This document shows, piece by piece, positions 54,573 to 64,000 of a DNA stretch of 64,000 nucleotides. Position 1 is the first letter of the stretch. Each line of letters opens with the position of its first letter. Below the pieces are notes generated by a model. That model was not told the DNA's origin, ran no database searches, and saw nothing but the letters and a program-made list of their open reading frames with translations. The DNA comes from Deltaproteobacteria bacterium (lineage in GTDB: Bacteria; Desulfobacterota; Desulfobacteria; Desulfobacterales; QNYZ01), in the NCBI GenBank assembly GCA_003973265.1, contig QNYZ01000036.1:3434-67433 (forward strand), in the 5' to 3' direction. The translations under genes and the position numbers were made by a program.

Positions 54573-54595
54573 GGTAACTCCAATGATTCCTGTTA

Positions 54596-55639
54596 TTAAA
54601 AACGATTTTCTTCCACCGCATGACAGGCGACGCGGCGGTTTTTCCCGTCTGCCCGTAACATCGGTACTTCTCTTAAGCAACGATCATTTTTCAATTGGCA
54701 GCGGGGATGAAAGGTACACCCGCTGGGCGGATTCAGCGGGTTGGGAATTTCGCCCTGAACCGGCGACCGGGTGCGTCCGGTCATCAGGATATCAGGAATG
54801 GTATCGAATAGCAGCCGGGTATAAGGATGCCGCGGATGATCGAACAGCTCATCCGCCGGGGCAACCTCACACAGGCGGCCCAGATACATTACACCCACCC
54901 GGTGGGCCATGTGGCGCACGACGGCCAGGTCGTGAGAGATAAATAGATACGACAAACCCAATTGTTCCTGAAGATCTTTCATCAGGTTTAAAATCTGGGC
55001 CTGGACGGAGACATCCAGCGCCGAGGTCGGTTCGTCACAAACAATAAAATCAGGCTCACTGGCCAGAGCCCGGGCAATGGAAATACGCTGCCGCTGGCCA
55101 CCGGAAAATTCATGAGGAAATTTATCCCCGTCCCGGGCGGTCAAACCGACCTGGCGCAGCAACTCGGCAGTGCGAGTTAAAACAGCCTCTTTTTTCTGAA
55201 GCAGGCCAAACGCCCGGATCGGCTCGCTCACAATCCGGGTAACTCGCCAGCGGGGATTTAAACTGGCATAGGGATCCTGAAAAATCATGGCCATGCGGCG
55301 ACGCAGCTTCAGCGCTTCGGATCGGTCCGCCAGGGAGGCCATATCAATACCGTCAAAGTAGATCTTCCCGGCGGTAGGGGTATAAAGCCCTACGACCATA
55401 TAGGCGACCGTTGATTTGCCGCATCCAGACTCGCCCACCAGAGCGAAGGTTTCTCCCGAATTGATAGAGAAAGCAACGCCATCTACGGCCTTTAAAAATT
55501 GACGGGGAATCCGTTCAATTAAACGGTTCATAAAGGGTTTGGATACATCAAAGCGGCACTTCAGGCCGGTGGCTTTCAACAGCGGTTTTGTGTCGGTTAC
55601 GGGCATCGACTTTTCATTCGGGTTGATGGGTGTCATCAT
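54596..55639 (-). CDS. Peptide/nickel-type ABC ATP-binding protein (DppF/OppF-like)
   Basis: Walker A GESGCGKST, FSGGQRQRI, FIVCDEPTSALDVS and a C-terminal oligopeptide-ATPase extension (GCTFHPRC). An alternative start is ATG 55606. Confidence 0.85.
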   Translation of the reverse strand: MMTPINPNEKSMPVTDTKPLLKATGLKCRFDVSKPFMNRLIERIPRQFLKAVDGVAFSINSGETFALVGESGCGKSTVAYMVVGLYTPTAGKIYFDGIDMASLADRSEALKLRRRMAMIFQDPYASLNPRWRVTRIVSEPIRAFGLLQKKEAVLTRTAELLRQVGLTARDGDKFPHEFSGGQRQRISIARALASEPDFIVCDEPTSALDVSVQAQILNLMKDLQEQLGLSYLFISHDLAVVRHMAHRVGVMYLGRLCEVAPADELFDHPRHPYTRLLFDTIPDILMTGRTRSPVQGEIPNPLNPPSGCTFHPRCQLKNDRCLREVPMLRADGKNRRVACHAVEENRF

Positions 55640-56603
55640 AAAGCCAGCAGGCCACCTGGACAGGGCCGTTTTTGATTAAGTTCGGTCGTTTTTCCCGACA
55701 AATGGCCATACACTTCGGACAGCGGGGATGAAATGCACACCCGCCGGGGATGTCAGTTAATCGCGGCATGTTGCCGTCAATCTGGACCAACCGCGATTGA
55801 TGTTGATGAAGCGACGGAATGGCATTCATCAGCCCCCGTGCATATGGATGGGTCGCTTGTTTCACAACCCGCCTTACCGTGCCGACTTCTACTAACCTTC
55901 CGGCATACATCACCGCTACGCGATCCGCAGTTTCGGCGATGACCCCCATGTCGTGTGTGATAAGAATAACAGCTGCCCCGTACTCGGCGCACAATTGCTT
56001 GAGCAGGGCGATAATCTGGGCCTGGATGGAAACATCGAGTGCCGTGGTCGGCTCGTCTGCAATAATCAGCGCGGGATTTACGCAAAGCGCCAGGGCAATA
56101 ACCACGCGCTGACGCATCCCGCCGGAAAATTGATAGGGGTAATGGTCTATTCGACTTTCCGCCGCCGGAATGCCAACTTCTTCCAGCAGGTGGACGGCGT
56201 GCGAACGGGCCCTGGAAGCAGACATATCGGTATGAGTCTGGATCGTTTCCACCAGTTGCTGGCCGACGGTATACAGCGGATTCAGGCTGGTGAGCGGGTC
56301 CTGGAAAATCATCCCGATCTGTTTGCCCCGGATTTTCCGCATCTGGGCATAGGGCAAATTGTCTATCCGGCGGCCGCTTAAAGCGATATGGCCAGCGGTG
56401 ATGTGGCCGGGGGGTTCCAGTAGCCCGATAATGGCCTGCCCGGTCAGAGATTTTCCGGCGCCCGATTCTCCCACGATGCCGAACACCTCTCCGGGAGCAA
56501 TGGCAAAAGAAATATCTTCTACGGCGACCAAAGGCCCCCTTCGGGTGGCAAATTCGATGCGGAGATGGTCAACGGTGAGTAGTGGTACTGTCATCCCCGT
56601 CAT
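55614..56603 (-). CDS. Peptide/nickel-type ABC ATP-binding protein (DppD/OppD-like)
   Basis: GESGAGKS, FSGGMRQRV, LIIADEPTTALDVS and GCAFHPRCP. Confidence 0.85.
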   Translation of the reverse strand: MTGMTVPLLTVDHLRIEFATRRGPLVAVEDISFAIAPGEVFGIVGESGAGKSLTGQAIIGLLEPPGHITAGHIALSGRRIDNLPYAQMRKIRGKQIGMIFQDPLTSLNPLYTVGQQLVETIQTHTDMSASRARSHAVHLLEEVGIPAAESRIDHYPYQFSGGMRQRVVIALALCVNPALIIADEPTTALDVSIQAQIIALLKQLCAEYGAAVILITHDMGVIAETADRVAVMYAGRLVEVGTVRRVVKQATHPYARGLMNAIPSLHQHQSRLVQIDGNMPRLTDIPGGCAFHPRCPKCMAICREKRPNLIKNGPVQVACWLYDDTHQPE

Positions 56604-57565
56604 CTTAGTTTCGGGTTAAGCGCATCGCGCAGCCAGTCGCCCAGCAGGTTCACGGACAATACCAGTACCGCCAGGAAAATGCTGGGAAAAATCGTAATCC
56701 ACCATTCACCGGAAAATAAAAAATCGTTTCCAATCCGGATAAGCGTTCCCAAGGATGGCTCGGTGGGCGGCACCCCGACGCCAAGAAAAGAGAGCGTGGC
56801 CTCGGTGATGATTGCCACGGCCAGATGGATGGTGGCAATAACCAATACCGGCCCCATAACGTTGGGAAGGATATGACGCCACATAATTAAACCCGGCCGG
56901 ATACCGATGACCCGGGCAGCCTGGACATATTCCTTGTTTTTTTCCACCATCGTGGAACTTCTCACCGTCCGGGCGTATTGGACCCAGCCGGAGATCCCGA
57001 TGGAAAAAATTAAGACACTGACCGAGAGTCGTTCCACATCGGTACCGGGGATCATGGTGCGCATGATTCCATCTACCAGAAGCGCAATTAAAATAGCCGG
57101 AAAACTGATTTGAATCTCGGCGACCCGCATGATGACGGCATCCACTGTACCGCCGATATACCCGGATATCACGCCCAGGCTGACACCGAGCGTCAGAGAA
57201 AAGATCACGCTTGAAAACCCCACCAGAAGAGAAATACGTGAACCGTAAAGAATGGCAGAAAAAAGATCGCGTCCCTGATCGTCGGTTCCCAGCATATAGC
57301 GGCTGTCACCTCCGGCATCCCAGGCCGGGGGAATATGGGAATCGAGCAGGTCGAGGCTGGCCATATCAAAGGGGTTTTGGGGGGCAATCCATGAGGCACC
57401 TGCAGCACTGATAAATATCAGCAACGTGATGATGGATGCAATGATGGTTATCGGTGACTGTCGGTAGGAATAAAAGATATCACCATCAAAGAAACGTTTC
57501 AGGGTGTCGGTCAGGCGATGCCACCGGGTGGGCGCAAGGGAATTCGTCGGCACTGGTTTATGCAT
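56600..57565 (-). CDS. Peptide ABC permease (DppC/OppC-like)
   Basis: Polytopic. Contains GTDDQGRDLFS and EYVQAARVIGIRPGLIMWRHILPN. ATG 57565 overlaps the upstream stop by 8 nt. Confidence 0.85.
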   Translation of the reverse strand: MHKPVPTNSLAPTRWHRLTDTLKRFFDGDIFYSYRQSPITIIASIITLLIFISAAGASWIAPQNPFDMASLDLLDSHIPPAWDAGGDSRYMLGTDDQGRDLFSAILYGSRISLLVGFSSVIFSLTLGVSLGVISGYIGGTVDAVIMRVAEIQISFPAILIALLVDGIMRTMIPGTDVERLSVSVLIFSIGISGWVQYARTVRSSTMVEKNKEYVQAARVIGIRPGLIMWRHILPNVMGPVLVIATIHLAVAIITEATLSFLGVGVPPTEPSLGTLIRIGNDFLFSGEWWITIFPSIFLAVLVLSVNLLGDWLRDALNPKLR

Positions 57566-58547
57566 GTCCACCTGCTCTGCCCATATCAACCCGCAACCGG
57601 GGATCGACCACATAATACAGAATATCAACAATCAGGTTGATCACTACAAAAAAGAATGCCACCAGAATCAGATAGGCAGCCATGATGGGGATATCCACAT
57701 TGTGAATCGCCTGGAGAAACATCAGCCCCATACCGGGCCACTGAAAAACCGTTTCGGTAATAATGGCAAATGCAATGATCGATCCGAGCTGGAGCCCCGT
57801 GATGGTAATAACCGGGACCAGCGTGTTTTTCAGGGCATGGCCGAAATGAATGGCCCGGTCGGTGAGTCCTCGCGCCCGGGCAAACTTGATGTAATCGGTC
57901 CGGAGGACCTCGAGCATTTCCGAGCGGACCAGTCGCATGATCAGGGTCAATTGAAACAGGCCCAGGGTCACGGCCGGCATGATCAGCGCTTTCAGACCGG
58001 TTTGGGTCAGCAGGCCAGTGGTCCACCAGCCCAAGTGAACCACATCCCCCCGGCCATACGACGGCAGCCATCCAAGGATCACGGCAAAAATAAAAATCAG
58101 GAGAATCCCGATTAGAAAGGTCGGCAGCGATACGCCCACAAGGGAAAAAGCCATAAAGAGCCGGCTGAGCCATCCCTTGGGCTTTAATCCCGTATATACA
58201 CCCATGGGCAGCCCGATCACCAGGGCCAGAAACGCCGCCACAAAGGAGAGCTCCAGTGTCGCCGGTAATCTTTCCTTAAAAAGCTCGGTAACAGGTCGCT
58301 TGTGCTGGTAGGAGAGGCCAAATTCTAACCGGGCGGTATTGCCCACAAACCGGATGAACTGGACGACCGCCGGGTCATTTAAGCCGAGATCTTCACGCAG
58401 TTTTGCCCGCTCAGCAAACGAGGTTTCAATCCCCACCATCTGGTGAACCGGATCACCCACATAATTAAACATGAGGAACGCCACCATCGCCACGAAAAAC
58501 ATGACAACCAGGGACTGGATCAGTCTGCGGATAATGAATGCGAGCAT
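57558..58547 (-). CDS. Peptide ABC permease (DppB/OppB-like)
   Basis: MLAFIIRRLIQSLVVMFFVAMVAFLMF... and DYIKFARARGLTDRAIHFGHALKN. Confidence 0.85.
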   Translation of the reverse strand: MLAFIIRRLIQSLVVMFFVAMVAFLMFNYVGDPVHQMVGIETSFAERAKLREDLGLNDPAVVQFIRFVGNTARLEFGLSYQHKRPVTELFKERLPATLELSFVAAFLALVIGLPMGVYTGLKPKGWLSRLFMAFSLVGVSLPTFLIGILLIFIFAVILGWLPSYGRGDVVHLGWWTTGLLTQTGLKALIMPAVTLGLFQLTLIMRLVRSEMLEVLRTDYIKFARARGLTDRAIHFGHALKNTLVPVITITGLQLGSIIAFAIITETVFQWPGMGLMFLQAIHNVDIPIMAAYLILVAFFFVVINLIVDILYYVVDPRLRVDMGRAGGHA

Positions 58548-58701
58548 ATGTCAGGCCAGAAATAATACCCGTTCGGGTATTGAGCTTTAAGTATCGCCAG
58601 CAGATCCAACCGCATCCGCCGGTTCAACAGGCCGTGCCGGAACACCCGTCAACAATATTGAACAGGTTGCCGGCAACGGCATATTCAGGGGGAAAAACGG
58701 C

Positions 58702-60294
58702 TTATTTAACCGTCACATAATAAAGCATAAACTGGTTATCGGCCCGCTGGACCAGGTTGATATTGTCCTTTTTACCCCAGGCCAGCGCCTGCTGATGAAG
58801 GGGGATATAGCCGATATCGTTGTTGAGAAGCTCGTAGGCTTCCTTGATCATCTGGTTCCGCTTGTTTAGATCCGTTTCGCTCAGGATTTGGTCGGTCAGC
58901 TCATCGATCCTGACATTGGCGTAACCGCCCAGGTTGAATTTTCCCCGACCGGATTCCTTATCGCGGCTGTCGATCAGATTGTAGAGGACATTGTAGCTGT
59001 CAAAACTCGACGGCGTCCATCCCAGCAGATAAAACTCAGTATCATAGGCCAATACTTTCTTAAAGTATTGTGCCTTGGGCTGGGCTTTCAGGTTTACTTT
59101 TACACCAACTTTAGCCAGCATGGAGACCACTGCCTGGCAGATCTGTTCGTCGTTCACATAGCGATTATTGGGGCAGTCCATACATAGATTAAAACCATCC
59201 GGATATCCGGCCTCGGCCAGTAGTTTTTTAGCGGCCGCAGGATCGTAGGGCAGCCGTTTGAAATCCTTGCCAAACGGCTGAAACAACTTGGGCGATATCA
59301 TGATCGCCGACGGTTCACTCAGACCCCGCATGATTTTTTTCTTGATGGCATCGATATTGATCGCCTGGTAAAAAGCCTGGCGCACCCGCTTGTCTTTTAG
59401 CGGATTTTTCCCTTTAATATTGGAACACTTAAGCTCGTCATCCGCCTGGTTGAATCCCAGAAAAATCGTCCGCAGTTCCGGGCCGGACAACACCGATGTG
59501 CCTGGATGGTCGTTGACCCGCTTGATGTCCTGAACCGGTACCGGATACATCATGTCGATTTCGCCGGACAGCAGGGCTGCAACCCGGGTGGCATCTGAAG
59601 AAATGGGCGTAAAAATGACTTCGGTGAGATTGTGTTTGGGTGTATCCCACCATCCATCAAACGGCTTCATGACCGTCTTTACATCGGTTTGTCTTTCCGT
59701 GATGACAAAAGGACCGGTTCCATTTTCATGACGGGTGGCATAATTCTCTTTACCTGATTTTATGTTGGTCGATTCAACAGCGTCATTTTTTTCACACCAC
59801 TCCTTGTCCATCATGTACCAGGTGGACCATTCGGATATCAGGATGGGATTGGGTTGGGTGGTAATAAAATCGACGGTATAATCATCGATCTTGACGACTT
59901 CCTTGATCGTGGATACCCGGGTTTTGAAATCAGACCCCTCGGACCGGGTTCTTGCGACGGTGAATATCACGTCATCCGCATTAAAATCATTACCGTTATG
60001 AAATTTAACCCCTTTGCGCAGGTAAAAGCGCCAGCGGGTCGGCTCCACCATTTTCCAGCGCTCGGCCAGGCACGGCTCGGTTTTCAGATCCGGTCCTCTT
60101 CGAACCAGCCCTTCGTAGACGTTGCCAAGAAAACCGATCAGAAATGTTTCATTTAAAGAATGGGGGTCCAGGGAATTGGCATCCCCCTGGAACGCCCACT
60201 TAAAAGTTTTAGCTGAGGCCGAGCCGGGAAATACCGTCAGCGCCAATCCGACAACCAGAACGGCCGTCATGAGCAGCAATAGCTTTTTTCGCAT
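58702..60294 (-). CDS. Family 5 (peptide/nickel) ABC substrate-binding protein
   Basis: 530 aa with signal peptide ...VFPGSASA, an AAAGGAGG RBS, and the typical SBP_bac_5 length and pattern (RWKMVEPTRWRFYLRKGVKFHNG). Confidence 0.85.
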   Translation of the reverse strand: MRKKLLLLMTAVLVVGLALTVFPGSASAKTFKWAFQGDANSLDPHSLNETFLIGFLGNVYEGLVRRGPDLKTEPCLAERWKMVEPTRWRFYLRKGVKFHNGNDFNADDVIFTVARTRSEGSDFKTRVSTIKEVVKIDDYTVDFITTQPNPILISEWSTWYMMDKEWCEKNDAVESTNIKSGKENYATRHENGTGPFVITERQTDVKTVMKPFDGWWDTPKHNLTEVIFTPISSDATRVAALLSGEIDMMYPVPVQDIKRVNDHPGTSVLSGPELRTIFLGFNQADDELKCSNIKGKNPLKDKRVRQAFYQAINIDAIKKKIMRGLSEPSAIMISPKLFQPFGKDFKRLPYDPAAAKKLLAEAGYPDGFNLCMDCPNNRYVNDEQICQAVVSMLAKVGVKVNLKAQPKAQYFKKVLAYDTEFYLLGWTPSSFDSYNVLYNLIDSRDKESGRGKFNLGGYANVRIDELTDQILSETDLNKRNQMIKEAYELLNNDIGYIPLHQQALAWGKKDNINLVQRADNQFMLYYVTVK

Positions 60295-60434
60295 GGTTTC
60301 TACCTCCTTTTAGATAATTGATCTGGCATTCCGGTATCATGTCTGAATGCCTGACCTGCCTGCGTTGATAGATTCTCCTATTGTTTTTTAACAATGGAGA
60401 TCCGGAATGTTTTTGCTGTTATATCGCTGTTATA

Positions 60435-61547
60435 TCAAGGGACAACTCCCGGCGCTTTTTCCATAAACGCATCCAGCCGGTCGTAGAGCGCAAACAGGCT
60501 GTCGAGCCGGACATGCTCTGTCAGGGTATGGGCGCTGTTATCGCCTTCCGGTCCCCACACAATTCCCCGTATGCCCCGCACAGATAAAAACCGGGCGTCG
60601 CTGGCGCCGTGCTCGTTACCCACAACGATATCGCCGTACATATCGACGAGCAGGTCCAGATAGGGCGATTCTCCGCCGAGAAACATCGGTTCCTTTTCTT
60701 CAATCACCAGCTCTCCGCTAGTTTTTTCCTGCAGCAACCGGAACAGTGTTTCCGGATCATCATCTTCTGTATACCGGATGTCGAATATCGCTTCGGCCCG
60801 GTCGGGTACCTGATTGAAAGATTGACCCGCCTGGATCTTGGAAAAATTCAAGGTCCGGTGCCAGTGACCGGGACCGGTCTGATTGAATTCAGCCTTGATG
60901 GTGTTAAAGTCGGCAATCAGGTTTTCAATGGCATTTTCACCCAGCCACGGCCGGGCACCATGGGCGCTTTTTCCGTTGGCGATCAGTTTTAAGGTGAGCA
61001 ACCCTTTTTCCCTGGAGACCACCTTGTTCAGGGTGCCGCCGTCCAGGGCGATACAAAAATCAACCTTGACATCGGCCAGCACTTTTTCGGCACCGTCATG
61101 GCCGCCGACCTCCTCGTCACTGGTTATCAGTATTCCGAACGGCAGGGCATCGACCCCCTTGCCTGCTTTTTCAAGGCGCTGGATATGTTCTTTCAGGAGC
61201 ACCAGTGACAATGCCGCCGCATACTTATCATCGATGGCGCCCCGGCCGTAGAGGCTTCCGTCTTTTTCAGCCGGGTCAAAAAGTGATTCCGGCGCGTCAA
61301 CCACATCAATATGACTCATCAACAGGATGGGGGCATCATCCGGCCGGGGGAGGATCAGGATGGATGGGTACCCGTTGTGCTCAAATGTCTGGTGGTGGAT
61401 ATGATGGCCTTTCAGATAGTCCGAAATAAAATCGGCACACCGATGAATCTCATCGGGTGCCGAGTGCATGGTTTTAAATCGGATCAGGTCTTTTGTCAGG
61501 CGAAGGATTTCCGCCGCAGTAGTTGGATGAATTGTCTTGTTTTCCAT
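60435..61547 (-). CDS. M20/M25/M40-family metallohydrolase (ArgE/DapE/CPG2-like)
   Basis: LLMSHIDVVD, GRGAIDDKYAAA, LITSDEEVGG and the dimerisation-domain pattern. Confidence 0.8.
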   Translation of the reverse strand: MENKTIHPTTAAEILRLTKDLIRFKTMHSAPDEIHRCADFISDYLKGHHIHHQTFEHNGYPSILILPRPDDAPILLMSHIDVVDAPESLFDPAEKDGSLYGRGAIDDKYAAALSLVLLKEHIQRLEKAGKGVDALPFGILITSDEEVGGHDGAEKVLADVKVDFCIALDGGTLNKVVSREKGLLTLKLIANGKSAHGARPWLGENAIENLIADFNTIKAEFNQTGPGHWHRTLNFSKIQAGQSFNQVPDRAEAIFDIRYTEDDDPETLFRLLQEKTSGELVIEEKEPMFLGGESPYLDLLVDMYGDIVVGNEHGASDARFLSVRGIRGIVWGPEGDNSAHTLTEHVRLDSLFALYDRLDAFMEKAPGVVP

Positions 61548-61641
61548 AAATTTCCGTATCCAGATTATTTATTAATGATTATATTTATCCCGAAGTGATC
61601 GATATATAAACAGGATTCACCCATAGTTAAATCCCTGCCGG

Positions 61642-61669
61642 ATGTCAAGCAGCGGATTTCAAGCAGCGG
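61642..61669. repeat. Tandem 14-bp duplication in a divergent intergenic region
   Basis: ATGTCAAGCAGCGG | ATTTCAAGCAGCGG, with one mismatch. On the minus strand each copy contains a TTGA(C/A)AT -35-like hexamer. Confidence 0.6.
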
Positions 61670-61768
61670 GCAACAGTCAGAATCTCAGAACAGATCGCAA
61701 AACCACCGGGGTGAACCGATTTTTCCTGCGACCTTTTCATTTCCTTAAAGACCGGTTAAACTGATAAA

Positions 61769-62548
61769 ATGGTTTCTTCGCATTCCAGACGAAAAAAGAA
61801 ACGACGAAAAAACAAACCCTCTTCCAGGAAGGGATGGGCCCGGCGCCTATCCACGGTTTTTTTTCGCATCCTGGCAGGATGTCTACTCATCAGCTTTTTG
61901 TCTGTTCTGTCCCTGCGCTGGATGAACCCGCCGGCCAGCATGATGATGATCCTTCAACGTTATGATGCAGCGGTGGGTCACCGAACAGATTTCCGTATCG
62001 ATTACCGCTGGGTGAACTGGGTAGAGATCGCCGATTATCTTCCCCTGGCTATCATTGCCGCCGAAGACCAGAAATTTGCCACCCATCATGGGTTTGATTT
62101 TGATTCCATTGCCGACGCCGTTAAGACCCGGATGCGCGGTGGCCGCCTGCGCGGGGCGTCCACCATTTCCCAGCAGGTGGCCAAAAACCTTTTTCTCTGG
62201 CCGGGAAAATCCCTGCTGCGCAAGGGAATCGAGGCGTATTTTACTGCATTGATCGAGATGCTCTGGAGCAAACAGCGCATTCTGGAAGTGTATATGAACA
62301 TCGCTGAATTCGGCGATGGTATTTTTGGCGTGGAGGCGGCCAGCCGGAGATTTTTTAAAAAACCGGCCCGGCGGATTCGTCTGGGAGAGGCGGCGCGACT
62401 CGCGGCTGTATTACCGAACCCCAGGGCCATGCGCCCCGATCACCCGTCACCGCATGTAGCCAGACGCGCCCGGTGGATCCGACGTCAGATGGGACGGATG
62501 GGTGGCAGGCATGTGATAGACAATATTCAAATACATCACGCCCGCTAA
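61769..62548 (+). CDS. mtgA: Monofunctional peptidoglycan glycosyltransferase
   Basis: Basic N-terminus plus a TM helix, then IIAAEDQKFATHHGFDFDSI, GASTISQQVAKNLFLW and RILEVYMNIAEFG. Confidence 0.9.
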   Translation: MVSSHSRRKKKRRKNKPSSRKGWARRLSTVFFRILAGCLLISFLSVLSLRWMNPPASMMMILQRYDAAVGHRTDFRIDYRWVNWVEIADYLPLAIIAAEDQKFATHHGFDFDSIADAVKTRMRGGRLRGASTISQQVAKNLFLWPGKSLLRKGIEAYFTALIEMLWSKQRILEVYMNIAEFGDGIFGVEAASRRFFKKPARRIRLGEAARLAAVLPNPRAMRPDHPSPHVARRARWIRRQMGRMGGRHVIDNIQIHHAR

Positions 62549-62747
62549 AAAATATGCTTTTCGGTTTTTTAAGGTGGTGGCCGGAAGGTATGCATGGTAA
62601 ACTTGTAGAAAGAGTGGGCGCTGCCATAAAAAAGCATTGCCCGTTAAACGGATTTATTATCCTCGCCTGAACATTCAACCGGCCCGCAGGCGCAGCGCCG
62701 GGTTTACCGTTGCACCGGATCGAATAATCTATCATTTTAAGGTAGCC

Positions 62748-64000
62748 ATGGATCGATTCAACACAAGCAGTATCTCCGATTTCAGTAAATGGGTGGAAGA
62801 AGCTGGAAACGGCGTGGTCATGATTGACCATCGCGGGATGATCATGGTTTTCAACCGCATTGCCCGAAGACTGCTCGGTAAATCTCTTGTCAACCCTGTG
62901 GGTCGTTTTATCAAGGATATTTTTCCTGATTCATGGGATGATCTAAAAAATATTCTAAGCAGTGGTCAGGCCCAGATCGCCAAACGGGTGGAGTTCGAAA
63001 ACGGCACCATTATCGCCAATCGGACGCCGATTATGGAAAAGGGTCGACCCGTGGGCGTGCTCAGCATTTTTCAGGATATTGGCGAATATGAACGCATCCT
63101 GACACAGCTTGAAGCCTACAAGCAACTGAATGAGGAACTGAACGTCATCATCAACTCTTCCTATGATGGACTCTGGATTTGCGATCACGAGGGGAAAGTT
63201 ATCCGGGTCAACCGTGCCTCTGAAAAAATGAGCGGACTCAAGCAGTCGGATGTACTGGGAAAAAAGATGGAAGAGCTGGTACAAGAGGGTTTTTTTGACA
63301 AATCTGCCACCCTGGAAGTGCTAAAGCTCCGTACGGCCGTAACCCTCATCCAGAAAATCAAGGGGGGGCGGCATGCCATGGTAACGGGCAACCCCGTGAA
63401 AGATGCGGAGGGAAATATTCGCCTGGTCGTGGTAAATGCCCGGGATATTTCCGAGTTGAACCGCCTGCAGGCGGAACTCGAACAAAGCCGTCAGCTCAAC
63501 TATCAATACAGTTCCGAACTCAACCACCTCCATCGCTACCAACACCAGCATGCCAAGGTGATCTTCCGTAGCCCGATCATGAAACGTATCTTTGAAACTG
63601 CCATGCGCGTGGCCCGGGTGGACTCCAGCGTGCTTATCTCTGGCGAATCTGGCGTTGGAAAAGGACTCTTTGCAAAACTGATTCACGAGGCCTCCAGCCG
63701 GGCCGATGCCTCGCTGATTCATATCAACTGTGGCGCCATACCGGAAACCCTGATTGAGGCAGAACTTTTCGGATATGAAAAGGGGGCTTTTACCGGTGCC
63801 TGCACCCGTGGCAAACCCGGTTATTTCGAAATGGCTGACGGTGGAACCCTTCTGCTCGATGAAATTGGAGAACTGCCCCTCAGTGTCCAGGTAAAACTGC
63901 TCCAGTTTTTAGAGGACAATCGCTTCATGCGAATCGGTTCGACCCAAACACGAAAGATCGACACCCGTATTATTGCCGCCACCAATCGCGAACTGGAAGA
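62748..64000 (+). CDS. Sigma-54-dependent transcriptional activator with two N-terminal PAS domains; the 3' end runs off the window
   Basis: Absent from the track because it is open at the edge. Manual translation from ATG 62748: MDRFNTSSISDFSKWVEEAGNGVVMIDHRGMIMVFN... (PAS), ...SYDGLWICDHEGKVIRVN... (PAS), then the AAA+ core VLISGESGVGKGLFAKLIH and ELFGYEKGAFTGA (GAFTGA). Confidence 0.85.
   Translation, partial: MDRFNTSSISDFSKWVEEAGNGVVMIDHRGMIMVFNRIARRLLGKSLVNPVGRFIKDIFPDSWDDLKNILSSGQAQIAKRVEFENGTIIANRTPIMEKGRPVGVLSIFQDIGEYERILTQLEAYKQLNEELNVIINSSYDGLWICDHEGKVIRVNRASEKMSGLKQSDVLGKKMEELVQEGFFDKSATLEVLKLRTAVTLIQKIKGGRHAMVTGNPVKDAEGNIRLVVVNARDISELNRLQAELEQSRQLNYQYSSELNHLHRYQHQHAKVIFRSPIMKRIFETAMRVARVDSSVLISGESGVGKGLFAKLIHEASSRADASLIHINCGAIPETLIEAELFGYEKGAFTGACTRGKPGYFEMADGGTLLLDEIGELPLSVQVKLLQFLEDNRFMRIGSTQTRKIDTRIIAATNRELE

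Noticed and set aside
62570-62600. TGGCCG-N5-TATGCA upstream of the sigma-54 activator gene, considered as a sigma-54 promoter
   Set aside because: The GG to GC spacing is 11 nt and both elements deviate from consensus.
1-64000. Search for CRISPR arrays, rRNA/tRNA genes, prophage or integrase genes, retron/DGR reverse transcriptases and toxin-antitoxin pairs
   Set aside because: Reading both strands revealed no regularly spaced repeats, no structured-RNA signatures and no such protein motifs. The only mobile-element trace is the truncated OrfA-like fragment at 44305-44610.

Overview
The window reads as a chromosomal segment from an anaerobe, probably a Desulfobacterota-like organism. That placement is an inference from the Hdr-like Fe-S modules, PAS-rich kinases, sigma-54 elements and moderately high GC. 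About 63 coding regions are packed at high density, and no rRNA, tRNA, CRISPR array, prophage or intact IS element could be supported.

**1-36.3 kb: mostly transport and catabolism**
- A partial cardiolipin synthase sits at the left edge.
- A complete anaerobic glycerol regulon follows: glpA, glpB, a split membrane Hdr-like module and glpK on the minus strand, then a divergent glpR.
- Next to it is a six-gene glycerol-type ABC importer that includes a DUF2160 subunit.
- A dipeptidase pseudogene scar and a first LIV-type ABC operon come next.
- These are followed by a Kv-type K+ channel and an ArsR/SmtB-type metal sensor with a textbook operator and a Cys/His-rich permease.
- A gntR gene and a NapH-like polyferredoxin gene sit in tandem on the minus strand.
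- Diverging from the gntR pair is a nine-gene cluster of unusual composition: a SufS-like PLP enzyme, a second LIV-type ABC system, a UroD-like protein, an FGGY kinase and a shikimate-kinase-like protein.

**36.3-53.4 kb: patchy, accessory-looking sequence**
- It holds small DUF genes and a histidine kinase / response regulator / cytidylate-kinase-like operon.
- It also holds an orphan EcfT, an AT-rich islet with an IS-fragment, and a CoA-disulfide reductase-rhodanese fusion.
- A secreted GH114 enzyme, two probable pseudogenes and several ~400-bp non-coding gaps complete the region.

**53.4-64 kb**
- A peptide ABC operon is bracketed by two M20 hydrolases, followed by mtgA and a partial sigma-54 activator.

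**Most interesting observation**
An orphan HlyC/RtxC-family toxin-activating lysine acyltransferase lies at 52763-53281. It is driven by a near-consensus sigma-54 promoter (TGGCACGgtgtTTGC) with a perfect 15-bp inverted repeat about 118 bp upstream. No RTX-type substrate gene is present in the window.

All functional calls rest on motif recognition by eye, since no searches could be run.
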